In this document: positions 1 through 13,480 of the stretch, one piece after another
Layout of the letters: every line of letters begins with the position of its first letter
Position numbering within the stretch: the stretch's first letter is position 1
Origin: Raja brachyura
Lineage: Eukaryota
Direction of reading: 5' to 3'
NCBI GenBank assembly: GCA_963514005.1
Contig: OY740797.1
Span: 6,138,001 to 6,202,000, forward strand
DNA length: 64,000 nt
Position numbers and translations under genes: made by a program
Notes under the pieces: generated by a model
What the model was told of the DNA's origin: nothing
What the model saw: the letters and a program-made list of their open reading frames with translations, nothing else
The model's database searches: none

Positions 1-441
1 CACAGCGAGCTTTGTCTCCGGGCTCCTGTCCGGACGACACCGGCACCTGATGCGCAAATTCTCAGGCAGCCTGAGGCAGTCGAAGAAGTCCAAACTGGTA
101 AAGAGCTACATGGCGAAGGGCATTGAGAAGCACTTCCTGTCCATACCACCAGCCGTCAGGGACGAGAAAAAGAGCATGCACGCCTTGCCTGAGTTTGTGT
201 GGTGGATCAAATGCATTTATGAAATGCAGGACGATGATTTGGCCAAGCAGGCCGTGAGTAACCTAGAGGTGGATCACCTGAAGCTGACGTTTTGTGGGAT
301 CGGACCTTTGGAGTGCACTGCCCTTGCCTACGTTCTGAAACACTTGAAAAATCCCGTCGGATTACAATTGGATTATAACTCGGTCGGCGATATCGGCATT
401 GAACAGCTCCTGCCTTGCCTGGGAAACTGCCAGTCCATCTA
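1..441 (+). CDS. NOD2: NOD2 large NACHT/HD2 exon, 3' part (5' end outside window)
   Basis: Frame 2 reads TASFVSGLLSGRH...KHFLSIPPAVRDEKKSMHALPEFVWWIKCIYEMQD...HLKLTFCGIGPLECTALAYVLKHL...LQLDYNSVGDIGIEQLLPCL, matching human NOD2 HD2/first LRR; donor TA|GTAAGT at 442. Confidence 0.95.
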
Positions 442-1401
442 GTAAGTGCTTCCAGTTGGAAACTAGAGTTGACGATATTAATATAAATAAAGGTTAAACG
501 TGCTCCTGTGACATTCGGGCCTCACAGCAACAGAGACCCTGGCTCCAACCTGACTACGGGTGCTGTCTGTACGGAGTTTGCACGTTTCCCCTGTGACCGT
601 GCAGGTTTTCCCACACTCCACCGACTTACAGGTCTGCAGGTTAATTGGCTTCGGCAAAAATGTAAATGGTCCCTGGCTGTGTGTTGGACAGTGTTAGGGT
701 GCGGGGATAGCCGGTCGGTGCAGACTCGGTGGGCCGAAGGGCCTGTTTCCGTGCTGTATCTCTAAACTATAAGTTCAAGATTGATTAGTACTGGTGTCAG
801 GGATTATGGAGAGAAGGCAGAAGAATGGGGTTAGGGGGAAGAGAGAGAGGTCAGCCATGATTGAATGGCAGAGTAAACTTGATGGGCCGAATGGCCTTAT
901 TCTGGTCCTATCACTTATGAACTGACAAATTACGAAAATAAAACATTTTGTTACAAAATATTACAGTACTCAGAAGGTAGTCAAAAATGCTGGAGAAACT
1001 CAGTGGGTGAGGCAGCATCTATGGAGCGAAGGAATAGACAACGTTTCGGGTCGAGACCCTTCAGACTGATGGGGGGGGGGTGGGGGCGGGGAAAAAAGAA
1101 AGTGGACAGTGGGCTGTGTGAGAGCTGGGGAGGGGAAGGAGGGTGAAAGCAAGGACTACCTGAAATTGGAGGTCAATGTTCATACCGCTGGGGTGTAAAC
1201 TACCCAAACGAAATATGAGGTGCTGGTCCTCCAATTTGCAGTGGGATTACAATACTTAGAAGTACAATGCAAATATTACCATGATAGAAAACAATTTAAG
1301 TCACAAAATTGAGGCACAGTGTTCAAAAGAAGATTTTGCAAAGTCTCTTTCTATTTGTGCAAGGTATATCATGCAATCAATTTTACCTTTATATCTTGCA
1401 G

Positions 1402-1485
1402 CCTCCGGGCAAATAACATTTGTGATCGGGGAGCCGCCACACTGGTTGAACAAGCTCTCGGGAGCAGCAACTTACAAAAGATCGC
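1402..1485 (+). CDS. NOD2: NOD2 LRR exon (84 bp): YLRANNICDRGAATLVEQALGSSNLQKIA
   Basis: TTGCAG acceptor, GTAAG donor, phase 2, 28-aa LRR matching human LRDNNISDRG...QKLA. Confidence 0.93.
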
Positions 1486-1690
1486 GTAAGAACGAGGCTC
1501 CTGCTTGTCTCTGTCATCGTAGGTCTGGCATCCACAACCGCAAGAAATCAATAAAGGAATCAGTGAAGATAGACACAAAATGCTGGAGTAACTCAGCGGG
1601 ATAGGCAGCATCTGTGGAGAGAAGGAATGGGTGACGTTTTGGGTCGAGACCCGTCAGTCTGAAGAAGGGTCTCGACCCGAAACTTCACCC

Positions 1691-4600
1691 TTTTTTTATT
1701 TCAAAATAGACTTTATTCGAGTAATAAATATATACATCAACCGTGCGAAAAAAAAACCATCCGACATTTTCGGAGGCTATACAAATTGTCCCATACAGTC
1801 TATATACATTTTTCCAATTTTTCTAATTTCACGAATCGATCCCCCACCCGTGCCACTCATGTGGCCCCCCGGCATGGGATACCTTCCCTTATTTTGAGGG
1901 GCGTCTCCACCATACCGTGCCCCCCATGTCCAGCAGCGGAAGGACCTTAGACTGTGGCCCTCCCCCACCAAGCCTTGGCGTTGGCTGCACCGAGCTTCAG
2001 TGCGTCCCTCAGCACGTACTCCTGCAGTCTGCAGTGGGCCAGTCGGCAACATTCCCCGACGGACATCTCGCTCTGCTGGGTGGTGAACAAAGCTCGGGCA
2101 GACCAGAGAGCGTCTTTCACCGAGTTGATGACCCTCCAGCAGCACTCGATGTCAGTCTCTGAATGTGTCCCTGGGAACAGTCCGTAAATCACAGACTCCT
2201 CTGTGATGGAGCTGTTTGGAATAAAGTGTGCCAGGGACCCTTGCATTTTTCTCCAGACTCTTTGGGCAAATCCACACTCTGCAAAGAGGTGGGCAACTGT
2301 CTCCACTCCATTGCAGCCGTCCCGAGGGCAGCGTGCGCTGGCAGTGAGGTTCCGACGGTGCAGGAAGGATCTGACTGGGAGGGCTCCCCTCACCGCCAGC
2401 CAAGCCAGGTCTTGGTGCTTGTTGGTGAGTTCTGGCGATGAAGCATTTTGCCAGGCAAGCTGGGCAGTCTGCTCTGGGAACCACGCCACCGGGTCCATCG
2501 AGTCCTTTCCCTGCAGCACCTGCAGGACATTCTGTGCTGACCATTGCCCAATGGACATGTGGTCAAAGGTGTTGGTCCGGAAGAACCTTTCCACAGACGA
2601 CAGATGGGGCGGCAATGTCCAGCTGACTGGCACCTTGCGTGGCATCTGCGCCAGGCCCATCCTTCGCAACACCGGGGACAGGTAGAACCTCAGCAAGTAG
2701 TGACACTTGGTGCCCACGTGCCTTGACTCTACACTCCGCCTGATGCAGCCACACACGAAGGTGGCCATCAGGATGAGGGCGACGTTGGGCACGCTTTTAC
2801 CCCCGTTGTCTGCTGACTTGTACATTGTGGCCCATCGCACCCGGTCCATCCTCGACCCCCAGATGAACTGGAAGACGGCCCGGGTGATCCCTGTGGCGTA
2901 GGAAGGAGGGACAGGCCACACCTGTGCCAAGTACAGCAGGCCTGAGAGCACCTCACACCTGATAACCAAATTCTTTCCCGTTATGGAGAGGGAGCGTTGC
3001 CTCCACAGCTCCAGCTTCTTCCCCACCCTGGCTATCCGCTCCAGCCAATTTTTGTTACATGCCTCAGCCCCCCCGAACCAGATCCCCAGCACCTTCAAGA
3101 AGTCAGGCTTGATGGTGAAGGGGACGGAAGATCTGTCGGGCCAGTTGCCAAAGAGCATGGCCTCGCTCTTCCTGCGGTTCACCCTGGCTCCCGTGGCTGA
3201 CTCAAACTGGTCGCAGATACTAATCAATCTGCGGACCGACCCTGGATCCGAGCAGAAGACAGCGACATCATCCATGTACAGGGAGGTCTTTACTTGAATG
3301 CCCCCACTGCCGGGCAGTGTCACTCCTCTAATGCTCGCATCCTTCCTGATGGATTCGGCAAAGGGTTCAATACAGCAGACAAACAAGACAGGAGAGAGAG
3401 GGCAACCCTGCCTGACTCCAGACCTTACAGGGAAACTGTCTGATTCCCACCCATTGATGTGGACTGCACTACGGATGTCGGTGTAGAGCAGTTTGATCCA
3501 ATTCCGGATTCCCTCCCCAAAACCCATTTTGGAGAGCACGTCCCTCATGTACGTGTGCAAAATCCTGTCAAAGGCCTTCTCCTGGTCCAAGCTGACTAGG
3601 CAGGCATCCACCCGTCTGTCCTGCACGTAGGCAATGGTATCTCTCAGCAGCGCTAGGCTGTCTGAGATTTTCCTGCCAGGTACAGCACAAGTTTGGTCCG
3701 GGTGGATCACCTGTCTCAGAGCAGACTTGACCCGGTTGGCGATGGCCTTAGACAGGATCTTGTAGTCTACATTCAAGAGTGTTATGGGTCTCCAATTCTT
3801 TATGTCCTTCATCTCCCCCTTCTGCTTGTAGATTAGGGTGATGCTGTCCTTCTTCATGGAGTCTGACATGCTGCCAGCTAGAAGCATGTCGTTGTACACT
3901 TCTAGCAGGTCCGGGCCCATCCAGTCCCACAGAGCCGAATACAACTCGGCCGGTAAGCCATCGCTTCCGGGAGTTTTACTCGAGTCAAAGGAACGGATGG
4001 AGCCAGTCAGCTCCTCTAGGGTCAGTGGTTGGTCCAGACTCTCCCGCTTGCTGTCCTCCAAGACCTCCGTGATCGAGGACAGGAAGTTCTGGGAGGAGGT
4101 GCTGTCTATGGCCTTTTGGTCATACAAATCTGTGTAAAAGGATTTGCAGATCCTCAGCATGTCTGTGCGTGAGGATGCTACCGAGCCGTCCTCCTCCCTA
4201 AGGCTGTTCATCACAGAGCTCCCCCTGTGAACCTTATGGAAGAAGAAACGTGACCACGTCTCATCCTGCTCCACATGGCGGACCCTGGATCGGAAGATGA
4301 TCTTGGAGGATTCAGAGGTAAAGAGCCGAGCTTGCCGGTCCTTCACATCTCTAAGTTCCTCCTTCACATCCACCCCTCTCGACTGCAGAGGAGCAGTTGT
4401 TGCAAATCTGTCTGGAGTTGGCACAATTCCCTCCGACTCTGTCTTGCTCTCTGAACCCCTTTACTTATGAAGAACCTCTTAATGTTCTCCTTGGTTGCTT
4501 CCCACCAGAGTGTGGGGGAGTCAAAGAGGGGCCTCACCGTTCTCCAACATGCGTAGTCCCTCTTTAGCTCCTCGATGTTCTCTGTGGTCAACAGCTTCAT

Positions 4601-4740
4601 GTTTAACTTCCACGTCCCCCTGCCTGCCTTCCGGTCCTCCTGTAGGTGACAGGAAGCCTGAAGGAGGCAGTGGTCGGAGAAGAACACCGGCGTGAGGTCA
4701 GTGTGTCTCACCGTGACGGCCTTCGTCGTGAAGACAAAGT
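1691..4740 (-). mobile_element. 5'-truncated Tx1-like (L1 group) LINE
   Basis: ORF 1947-4424 has RT (GVRQGCPLSP, YMDD) and C-terminal CPRDGC..ETVAHLFAEC zinc finger; APE endonuclease end (FSDH) in ORF 4364-4795 joined by a frameshift; AATAAA and A-tail near 1691-1720; TSD CTTCACCC at 1683-1690 and 4741-4748. Confidence 0.92.
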
Positions 4741-4765
4741 CTTCACCCAATATTTCTCTCCAGAG

Positions 4766-5093
4766 TGTTCCCGATGTTGGGGAAGTCCAGAACAAGGGGT
4801 CACAGTCTAAGGATAAGGGGGAAGTCTTTTAGGACCGGGATGAGAAAAACATTTTTCACACAGAGAGTGGTGAATCTCTGGAATTCTCTGCCACAGAAGG
4901 TGTTTGAGGCCAGTTCATCGGCTATATTTAAGAGGGAGTTAGATGTGGCCCTTGTGGCTAAGGGGATCGGGGGTATGGATAGAAGGCAGGTACGGGATAC
5001 TGGGTTGGATGATCAGCCATGATCATATTGAATGGCGGTGAGCTCGAAGGGGCCAAATGGCCTACACCTGCACCTATTTTCTATGTTTCTATG
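4766..5093 (+). mobile_element. CR1 LINE 3' fragment with (TTTCTATG)n tail
   Basis: TRGHSLRI..FFTQRVVNLWNSLP C-terminal CR1 motif and 3' UTR. Confidence 0.85.
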
Positions 5094-5967
5094 TCCCGCT
5101 GAGTCACTCCAGCATTTTGTGTCTATCTTTGGTTTAAACCAGTATCACCTGCAGTTACTTCCGACACAAAGGGAGCAGTGACAAGAATATGCCACAGGGT
5201 TTGATGGAAGGGGTACTTATGCATTTGATTAATTATAGTTCGGGTCATAGAGTGATACAGTGTGGAAACATGCCCTTCGACCCAACTGACCCACATGGTC
5301 CATCTACACTACTCCCACCCGCCCGCGTTTGGCCCGTATCCCTCCAAACCTGTCCTATCCAGGTACCTGTCCAAATGTCTTTCAGATGTTACAATCGTAC
5401 CTACCTCAACTACCTCCTCAGGCAGCCTGTTCCATACACCCACCACCCTTCATGTGAAAAAAGTTCCCCTCAGTGTCCGATTAAATCTTTAGAGGAGGAA
5501 GGAACTGCAGACGCTGTTTGGAAGTCGGAAGAAAGTTTGGAGAAGGGTCTCGAACTCAAACATCACCCATTTCATCTCTCCAGAGATGCTGCCTGACCCG
5601 TTGAGTTACTCCAACATTTTGTCCCTATTAAATCTTACCCCCCCCCCCCCCCACCCTCACCTTAAACCTATGTCCATTGGTTCTTGATTCCCCTACACTA
5701 GATGAAAGACTGTGCGTTTGCCCTATATATTCCTCTCACGATCTTATACACCTCTAAGGATCATCTTCTTAACTACTGGGGAGACTTGCCTGTCAATGGT
5801 TTGTGATTCATGCACTCGACCACCGGGATGCCCCTGACCTTCGCTTGTTTTTGGTCACTGTGCATTAACCCTTCGTCCCACAACGCCCATGCCAAACACG
5901 ATGCCCCCCCCCCCACCCCTAAACTGCCTGCACGTGATCCCTACCACTACATTCCAAGCCCAACTAA

Positions 5968-6365
5968 AGGCACGGTGGCGCTGCGGTAGAGTTGCTGCCT
6001 TACAGCGCCTGTAGCGCCAATGTCCCGGGTTCGATCCCGACTGCGGGTGCTGCCTGTGTGGAGTTTGTAAGTTCTCCCTGCGTAGGTTTTCTCTGACATC
6101 TTCGGTCTCCTCCCGCACTCCAAAGACGTACAGGTTTGCAGGTCAATTGGCTCAGTAGAAATGTAGAATTGTCCCTAGTGTGTGTAGGATCAGCCATGAT
6201 CATAACGAATGGCAGTGCTGGCCGAATGGCCTCCTCCTGCACCTATTTTCTATGCTTTTATGTTTCTATGATAGTGTTAATGTGCGGGGATCGCTGGTCG
6301 GTGCGGACTGGGTGGGCCGAAGGGCCTGTTTCCGCGCTGTTTCTCTCTAAACTAAACTAAACTAA
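5968..6365 (+). mobile_element. tRNA-derived SINE (HE1/V-SINE-like); representative of more than 15 copies or fragments
   Basis: A box GGTGGCGCTGCGG, B box GGGTTCGATCCC, central GGAGTTTG..TTCTCCC domain, CR1-like tail and (CTAAA)n end; other copies near 510-770, 11510, 11980-12170(-), 14200-14495(-), 14940-15240, 17370-17655(-), 22140, 27430-27680(-), 33255, 41930, 42705-43015(-), 48630-48930, 58470-58750(-). Confidence 0.85.
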
Positions 6366-6886
6366 AAGCATCTTAAATGCCACTATTGTATGTTCTTCCA
6401 CCACTCCCCTGGCTGCACGTTCCAGGCACCCACCACACTCTGGATAAGAAAATATTTGGCCCACACACCACATTTAAACTTTGCCCTTCTAACCTTAGAG
6501 CTATATATACCCTCATCTTGAACATTCCACGCTGGAGAAAAGGTTCTGACTGTCTACCCTATCTGTGCCTCTCATAATTATTTGATACTTCTATCAGCCT
6601 CTGACTCACCAGGTAAAACATTTTAAGTTAGCCCAACTTCTCCATAAAGCTAATGTCCTCTAACCCAGGCAGCTGGCCGGTAAACGCTCCCTGCAACCTC
6701 TCGAAAGCCTTCACATCCTTCCTGTAATGGGGTGCCCAGAACCGCACGCAATACTCCAAGCGTGGACTGCCCCAAGTCTTATAATGTTGCAGCATGACCT
6801 CCTGGCCAGAAGAGGTTGTGTTCTGTAGGATTTATAGGTTCGGAGGATATTATTCGATTTACCATTCAAATTCTGTATTTCTTTAG

Positions 6887-6970
6887 GTTGTTTCATAACA
6901 ATTTAACCGATGACTGCGCTGGGGATTTTGCAAGGCTTCTGAAACACAAGGATAACTTTCTAGCACTAAG
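6887..6970 (+). CDS. NOD2: NOD2 LRR exon (84 bp): LFHNNLTDDCAGDFARLLKHKDNFLALR
   Basis: TTTAG/GTATGG splice sites; matches human LFNNKLTDGCA...NFLALR. Confidence 0.95.
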
Positions 6971-7074
6971 GTATGGTTAGCATTGCGGAGCGGTACTTAA
7001 CAAAGGAAGTACTCTAACAAATAAAGCCTGATGTTCGGGGGAGGGGTCAGGATGTGGTAGATGAGTCTTTTACT

Positions 7075-7469
7075 CAAAGATCCTATAGCGGAGCAAGATA
7101 GACCACTCCTGCTAAATGCAATGGGCTGACGTGTAGTACGCAACGGAACGGAACGTGGGCCTTTTTTTCATCCATTTCCGTAATCGGACCCGACCCGACT
7201 CGCAGTGAAATCAACGTTGCGGGGGAACAGTTTGTGTTAATAAATTGAAATTCTGAAAAATGAGTAGAACATTTTTATCAAATAACTTTTATTTTTACGA
7301 GGATGTTTCCGTAACCTGCTTCCGTCTCCGCACTAGTATCCTACGGGATCTTTGGTGCGGAGACGGAAGCCGGTTACGGAAGGGGGTTGAAAATTACCCA
7401 TGAATCTGCCCTTGACCGTACTATATCTTTTTCGTCGAGTGGACTATCTTGCTCACTATAGGATCTTTG
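7075..7469. mobile_element. Non-autonomous TIR element (MITE) with an internal hairpin
   Basis: ~34-bp imperfect TIRs CAAAGATCCTATAG..GAGCAAGATAG.CCACTC; flanks CTTTTACT/CTTTTAGG suggest a degraded 8-bp TSD. Confidence 0.75.
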
Positions 7470-8242
7470 CTTTTAGGGGAATCAAGAACCAGAGGACATA
7501 GGTTTAAGGTGGGGGGGAGGCGGGGGGGGAGGGGGAGATTTAATAGGAACTTAAGGCGTAACCTTTTCACACAAAGAGGGTGGTGGGTGTATGGAACGAG
7601 CTGCCAGAGGAGATAGTTGAGGCAGGTAATACAGCAATATTTAAAAGACATTTGGACAGGTACATGGAAAGGGTAGGTTTAAAGGGATATGGGACAAATG
7701 CGGGCAGGTGGGACCAGTGTAGAGGCTGGTTGGTGTGGATAAGTTGGACTGAAGGGCCTGTTTCCACGCTGTGACTTGTGCATAGTTTCGGAAAGGGATT
7801 TGAATTTGGGTCGAGGCTTCAGGATTTTGTTTGAACGTAGGTCTGGCTTCAGATTTTGGGTAGGAAGAAAGTGCAGGTGCTGGTTTAAACCGAAGATTGG
7901 CACAAAAAGCTGCAGTAACTCAGCAGGGCAGGGAGCATCTCTGGAGAGAAGGAATGGGTGACGTTTCAGGTCGAGACCCTTCTTTCAGCCAGAAGAATGT
8001 CACCCATTCCTTCTCTCCAGAGATGCTGCCTGTCCCGCTGAGCTAATACAGCTTATTGTGTTGTATATCATCTGGCTTTGGATTTTAGTGGCCTGAGGTA
8101 GCTCAGTGCATCTTTTTATTACTCTAAGGTTAATTGGCTTGGGTGAAGTTGTAAAATGGTCCTTAGGGTGTGTAGGATGGTGTTAGTGTACAGGGTGATC
8201 GCTGGTCGGCGCGGACTTGGTGGGCCGAAGGGCCTGTTTCCA

Positions 8243-8871
8243 TATAACCATATAACAATTACAGCACGGAAACAGGCCTTCTCGGCCCTTCCAGTCCTTG
8301 CCAACCATTTATTTTCCCCTAGTCCCATCTACCTGCACTCAGACCATACCCCTCCATTCCCTTCCCATCCATATACCTATCCACTTTACTTTTAAATGTT
8401 AAAATCGATCCTGCCTCCACCACTTCTGCTGGAAGATCATTCCACACAGCCACCACTCTCTGAGTAAAGAAGTTCCCCCTCATGTTGCCCCTAAATATCT
8501 GTCCCTTAATTCTCATGTCATGCCCTCTTGTTTGAATCTTCCCTACCCTCAATGGGAAAAGCTTATCCACGTCAACTCTGTCTATCCCTTTCATCATTTT
8601 AAAGACCTCAATCAAGTCCCCCCTTAACCTTCTGCGCTCCAAAGAATAAAGACCTAACTTGTTCAACCTTTCTCTGTAACTTAGTTGCTGGAACCCAGGC
8701 AACATTCTAGTAAATCTCCTCTGTACTCTCTATTTTGTTGCCATCCGTCCTATAATTAGGCGACCAAAATTGTACACCATACTCCAGAATTGGTCTCACC
8801 AATGCCTTGTACAATTTTAACATTACTTCCCTACTCCTATATTCAATGCTCTGATTTATAAAGGCCAGCAC
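8243..8871 (-). mobile_element. CR1 LINE 3' fragment inserted in a SINE tail
   Basis: ORF 8319-8705 CR1 C-terminus, (TTATATGG)n tail, TSD GTTTCCA (8236-8242 / 8872-8878). Confidence 0.88.
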
Positions 8872-10491
8872 GTTTCCACGCTGTATCGCTGGAGTCTAAA
8901 GTCTAAACTGCAGATGATGGTATCTTCCAGCGCATTCTTCCAAATCCTACAAATACATAGTTTGGAGACACTAGAGAGAACAGATGTTGAAATCTTGAGC
9001 AAACCTTGAGGAGCAACTCAGCGGGTCTGGCTGCATCTGCGAAGGGAATGGATAGAGGATGCCTGCAGAAAGCCCCTGTTCTAATAGTCTAATGTTCCCG
9101 ATGTTGGGGGGAGTCCAGAACCAGGGGCCACAGGTTAAGAATAAGGGGTAGGAGATGAGGATGAACTTTTTCACCCTGAGAGTTGAGAATCTGTGGAATT
9201 CTCTGCCTCAGAAGGCAATGTAGGCCAATTATCTGCATGCTTTCAAGAGAGAGTTAGATAGAGCTCTAAAACGTATTCATTGATAATGAATAAGCTTATT
9301 CATTCATTCAGTCTTTCAAACATAGGGGATATGGGGAGAAGGCAGGAACGGGGTACTGATTGTGGACGATCAGCCATGATCACAGTGAATGGCGGTGCTG
9401 GCTCGAAGGGCCGAATGGCCTCCTCCTGCACCTATTGTCTAAATCAGGGTGGATGGAGAAAGCTCCACTTTGCAATGGCGGGTGAGGGTTCCTGACCTCT
9501 GCTTTAAAGTGCTGGGAGTCACCATGAATCCAGCTGGCCTTGTCTCTGTGCTCTGGCTTCTGCCATGGGTTCGAAAGGCAGTGGGATCCGTTTCTGTGGC
9601 AGCTGTACCAAAAGGAGAAGCCCACTTCATTAGTTAGTTAGTTTAGTTTTGGGTCGAGACCCTTCTTCAGACTGAGAATCGGGGGAGAGGGAGATGTAGA
9701 GATATGAGAGGGCAAGACGTGAAATGACAGATCAAAGGGGACGATGCTCAAGGAAACGTAGCATGGTTCATTGTTGGCCGAGGGGAAGGTGACAACAAGG
9801 AGTACAATCTATTATTTAATCAGGAGGACAATAAACTAGTCGGAGAACTAGGGTGGGGGGGGGGGGGGAGGGACGGGGAGAGGGGGAAAGCAAGGGTTAC
9901 TTGAAGTTAGAGAAGTCAATATTCAGTTGGTAGACACAAATGCTGGGGTAACTCAGCGGGACAGGCAGCATCTCCGGAGAGAAGGAATGGATGACGTTTC
10001 AGGTTCTTCAGACTGATGACGGGACTGAAGAAGGGTCTCGACCTGAAAGGTCACCCATTCCTTCTCTCCAGAGATGCTGCCTGTCCCGCTGAGTTACTCC
10101 AGCATTTCGTGTCTACCTTCGATTTAAACCAGCGTCTGCAGTTCTTTCCTACAATCAATATTCAGTTTCAGTTTAGCGTATTGCCACGTGTACTGAGAAA
10201 AAGCGAAAAGCTTTTGTTGTTGCGTGCTACCCAGTCAGCGGAAAGACAATACCTGATTACAGTGTACAGACACATGATGATGGAAGATCACAGTTAAAGT
10301 AAGAAATGTTGCTGTAGGACTGGAGATTGAAGAGTGAGGAGCGATTGTAATCTGTGACTGTAGATCTGCTTCTGTGGCTAGCGCGCAAATAGTGGCCTGG
10401 GCTGGGCACCATCTTGGGAGCTACTTGTTTTAGTCAGGCAGCCAGGCTGGTGTTGGTTCAACTTTCACGTCCATTCTTGAACATTTCCTAG

Positions 10492-10575
10492 GCTGGGTAA
10501 CAACCACCTGACAGCCACTGGAGCAGAGGCACTGGCAGAAGGTTTGAAGCAAAACAACTCCATCCAGTTCTTGGG
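10492..10575 (+). CDS. NOD2: NOD2 LRR exon (84 bp): [28 protein letters not shown]
   Basis: CCTAG/GTAGG splice sites; matches human LGNNYITAAGAQVLAEGL...QFLG. Confidence 0.95.
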
Positions 10576-10699
10576 GTAGGTCCGTCTCTGTTCAATTCTT
10601 TCTTCTGCTTTTGCACGTTGCTGCCCCGAACGTTACGCTCCAGTCACAAATGTTCTCGATTATGGGGTCATGTTGGGGGTTGTGGGTAGAAGGCTGGAG

Positions 10700-11250
10700 A
10701 ATGGGGTTTTACAGTTCTGGTCTCCAAATCTGGGGAAGGACATTATTTCCATAGAGGGAGTGCAGAGAAGGTTCACCAGACTCATTTCTGGGATGTCAGG
10801 ACTGTCTTATGAAGAAAGACTGGATAGATTCGGTTTATACTCTCTAGAATTTAGGAGGTTGAGAGGGGATCTTATAGAAACTTACAAAATTCTTAAGGTG
10901 TTGGACAGGCTAGATGCAGGAAGATTGTTCCTGATGTTGGGGAGGTCCAGGACAAGGGGTCACAGCTTAAGGATAAGGGGGAAATCCTTTAGGACCGAGA
11001 TGAGAAGGCCTTTTGTCACACAGAGAGTGGTGGGTCTCTGGAACTCTCTGCCACAGAGGGTAGTTGAGGCCAGTTCATTGGCTATATTTAAGAGGGAGTT
11101 AGATGTGGCCCTTGTGGCTAAGGGGATCAGAGGGTATGGAGAGAAGGTAGGTATGGGATACTGAGTTGGATGATCAGCCATGATCATATTGAATGGCAGT
11201 GCAGGCTCGAAGGGCCGAATGGCCTACTCCTGCACCTAATTTCTATGTTT
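10700..11250 (+). mobile_element. CR1 LINE 3' fragment
   Basis: ORF 10670-11164 QFWSP...EGVQRRFTRLI...LYSLEFRRLRGDLIETYK. Confidence 0.88.
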
Positions 11251-12844
11251 AGAGGGAAGGATATGGCGGAGTAGACTTGATGGGCCGAATAGCCTAATTC
11301 TGCTCCTATGACATGAACTTATGAGAACATGGATATGTGACGTTTCAGGTCAGAACCCTTCCTCTGAAGAAGGGTTCCATCTCGAAACATCATCTTTCCA
11401 TGTTCTCTAGAGATGCTCCTAGGACTTAAGAATAAAGTGTTTTCATTAGTTTGTACCTTAAATAAATAACGTTGACATGGAAAGCAACTTAATTTATCTA
11501 GTCCGAAGGGCAGCACGGTGGCACAACGGGTAGAGCCTGCTGCCTCACAGCGCCAGAGACCCGGGTTCAATCCTGTATGTAATCCTCACCTCGAATGCTG
11601 TCTGTATGGAGTTTGCACGTTCTCCCTGCCTGCTCGTGAGTTTCCTGCGGGTGCTCGAATGGCGGAGTAGACTCGATGGCACTAAGGTACGATTAGAGTT
11701 GCAAGCGGTAGTTGCAAGTTGCAGAATGGCCTGATTCAGCTCCTACGACAAGAATTTATGAAATGATTGGAATAATCCATGCTGAATTTCTGTTGTATTT
11801 GGTAGTTAATCTTGCTACAAGATAGACAGAGAGAAACAGCAAGAAATGGGGGCCCTTTGGCCCATCAATTCAGTTCAATGATACTATCGAGTCGACACTG
11901 ACTCTCTCCCACCCATTTTACACTAATCCTAAATTAATCCAATTCATCTTTATTCTCCATATGGTTATTAATTCTTCACTCACCTGACATTAGGGGCAAT
12001 TTACAGCCGGCAATTAACCAACCAACGTCTTTGGGATGTGGGAGGAAACCCAGGCGGTCACAGGGAAACCACGCAGACTCCACACAGACAGACCCCGAGA
12101 TCAGCATGGAACCCGGGTCTCTGGCGATGAGAGGCAGCGGCTCGACCCGCTGCGCCACCGTGCTGCCCGTTCCCCTACTATAAAAATACATTTTCTTTTT
12201 CAACAGATTAAAACATCTAAATCAAGTCATGGAATTTCAAAAATGAAAACCAATCACTTATTAAGTGTTCGTGGATGGTTTTTTTAATCAATGCAGAATA
12301 AAATCAGACACAGTGTTGAACAGACAGCAGGTAGATTCGCATAGGGTAGATTGCCTGTCCACGTTCTCCAGACACAAAGTGCTGAAGTAGGGGAGAGAGG
12401 GAAGATGAAACAGGAACTTGAGTGGCAACGTTTCCACTCAGTGGGTGGATGGGTGTATGGAACAAGCTGCCGGAGGAGGTGGTTGAGCCAGGTACTGTAA
12501 CAGCATTGACAAACATTTGGAGAGGTACATGGATAGGAAAGGTTTAGAGGGCTATGAGCCAAATACAGGCAGATGGGACTAGTGTAGATGGGGCATCTTG
12601 GTCGGAAGGGCCAAATTGGGCCATGAGTCTGTGAGTAACCCAGCGGGCCAGGCAGCATCTCTGGAGAACAGGGATAGATGATGTTTCGAGATGGAACCCT
12701 TCTTCAGAAGAAGGGTTCTGACCTGAAATGTCACCTATCCATGTTTTCATAAGTTCATGTTATACTATAGGAGCGGAATTAGCCCATTCAGCCCATCATG
12801 TCTGCCCCGCCATTCAATCATGGCTAATCAATTTGTCCCTTCCC

Positions 12845-13480
12845 ACCCAAACCACGAACCTCCCCGGGTACTTTCCCTTGCAACCACAGCAAATGCTACA
12901 CTTGTCGCTTTACCTCCCCTCCCCAACTCCATCCAAGGACCCAAGCAGTCGTTCCAGGTGAGGCAGAGGTTCACTTGCACCTCTTCTAGCCTCATCTATT
13001 GCATCCGCTGCTCTAGGTGTCAGCTGCTCTACATCGGTGAGACCAAGCGCGGGCTTGGTGATCGCTTCGCCCAACACCTCCGCTCAGTTCGCAATAACCA
13101 ACCTGATCTCCCGGTGGCTCAGCACTTCAACTCCCCCTCCCATTCCAAATCCGACCTTTCTGTCCTGGGCCTCCTCTATGGCCAGAGCGAGCACCACCGT
13201 AAATTGGAGGAGCAGCACCTCATATTTCGCTTGGGTTGTTTACATCCCAGCGGTATGAACATTGACTTCTCCAATTTCAGGTAGTCCCTGCTTTCTCCCT
13301 CCTTACCCTCCACTTCCCAGCTCCCCCACAGCCCAATGTCTCCGCCTCTTCCTTTCTTCGTCCCACCCCTCCCACCCCCACATCAGTCTGAAAAAGGGTC
13401 TTGACCTGAAACGTCACCCATTCCTTCGCTCCATAGATGCTGCCTCACCCGCTGAGTTTCTCCAGCTTTTTGTCTACCTT
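12845..13480 (+). mobile_element. Penelope-like element 3' end (GIY-YIG endonuclease + pseudo-LTR), possibly Neptune-type
   Basis: LIYCIRCSRCQLLYIGETKR..RF.QH..PVAQHF...EEQHLIFRLG..P.GMN; frameshifted GTFPC...CYTC upstream; 3' UTR ends in the hammerhead-bearing repeat (13385-13420). Related (-) fragments near 980-1245, 9650-9925, 19262-19671, 24220-24575, 25195-25790. Confidence 0.88.

Noticed and set aside
1947-4424. 825-aa ORF as a nested antisense host gene
   Set aside because: RT and zinc-finger motifs, A-tail, TSD and an upstream frameshift identify a truncated Tx1 LINE.
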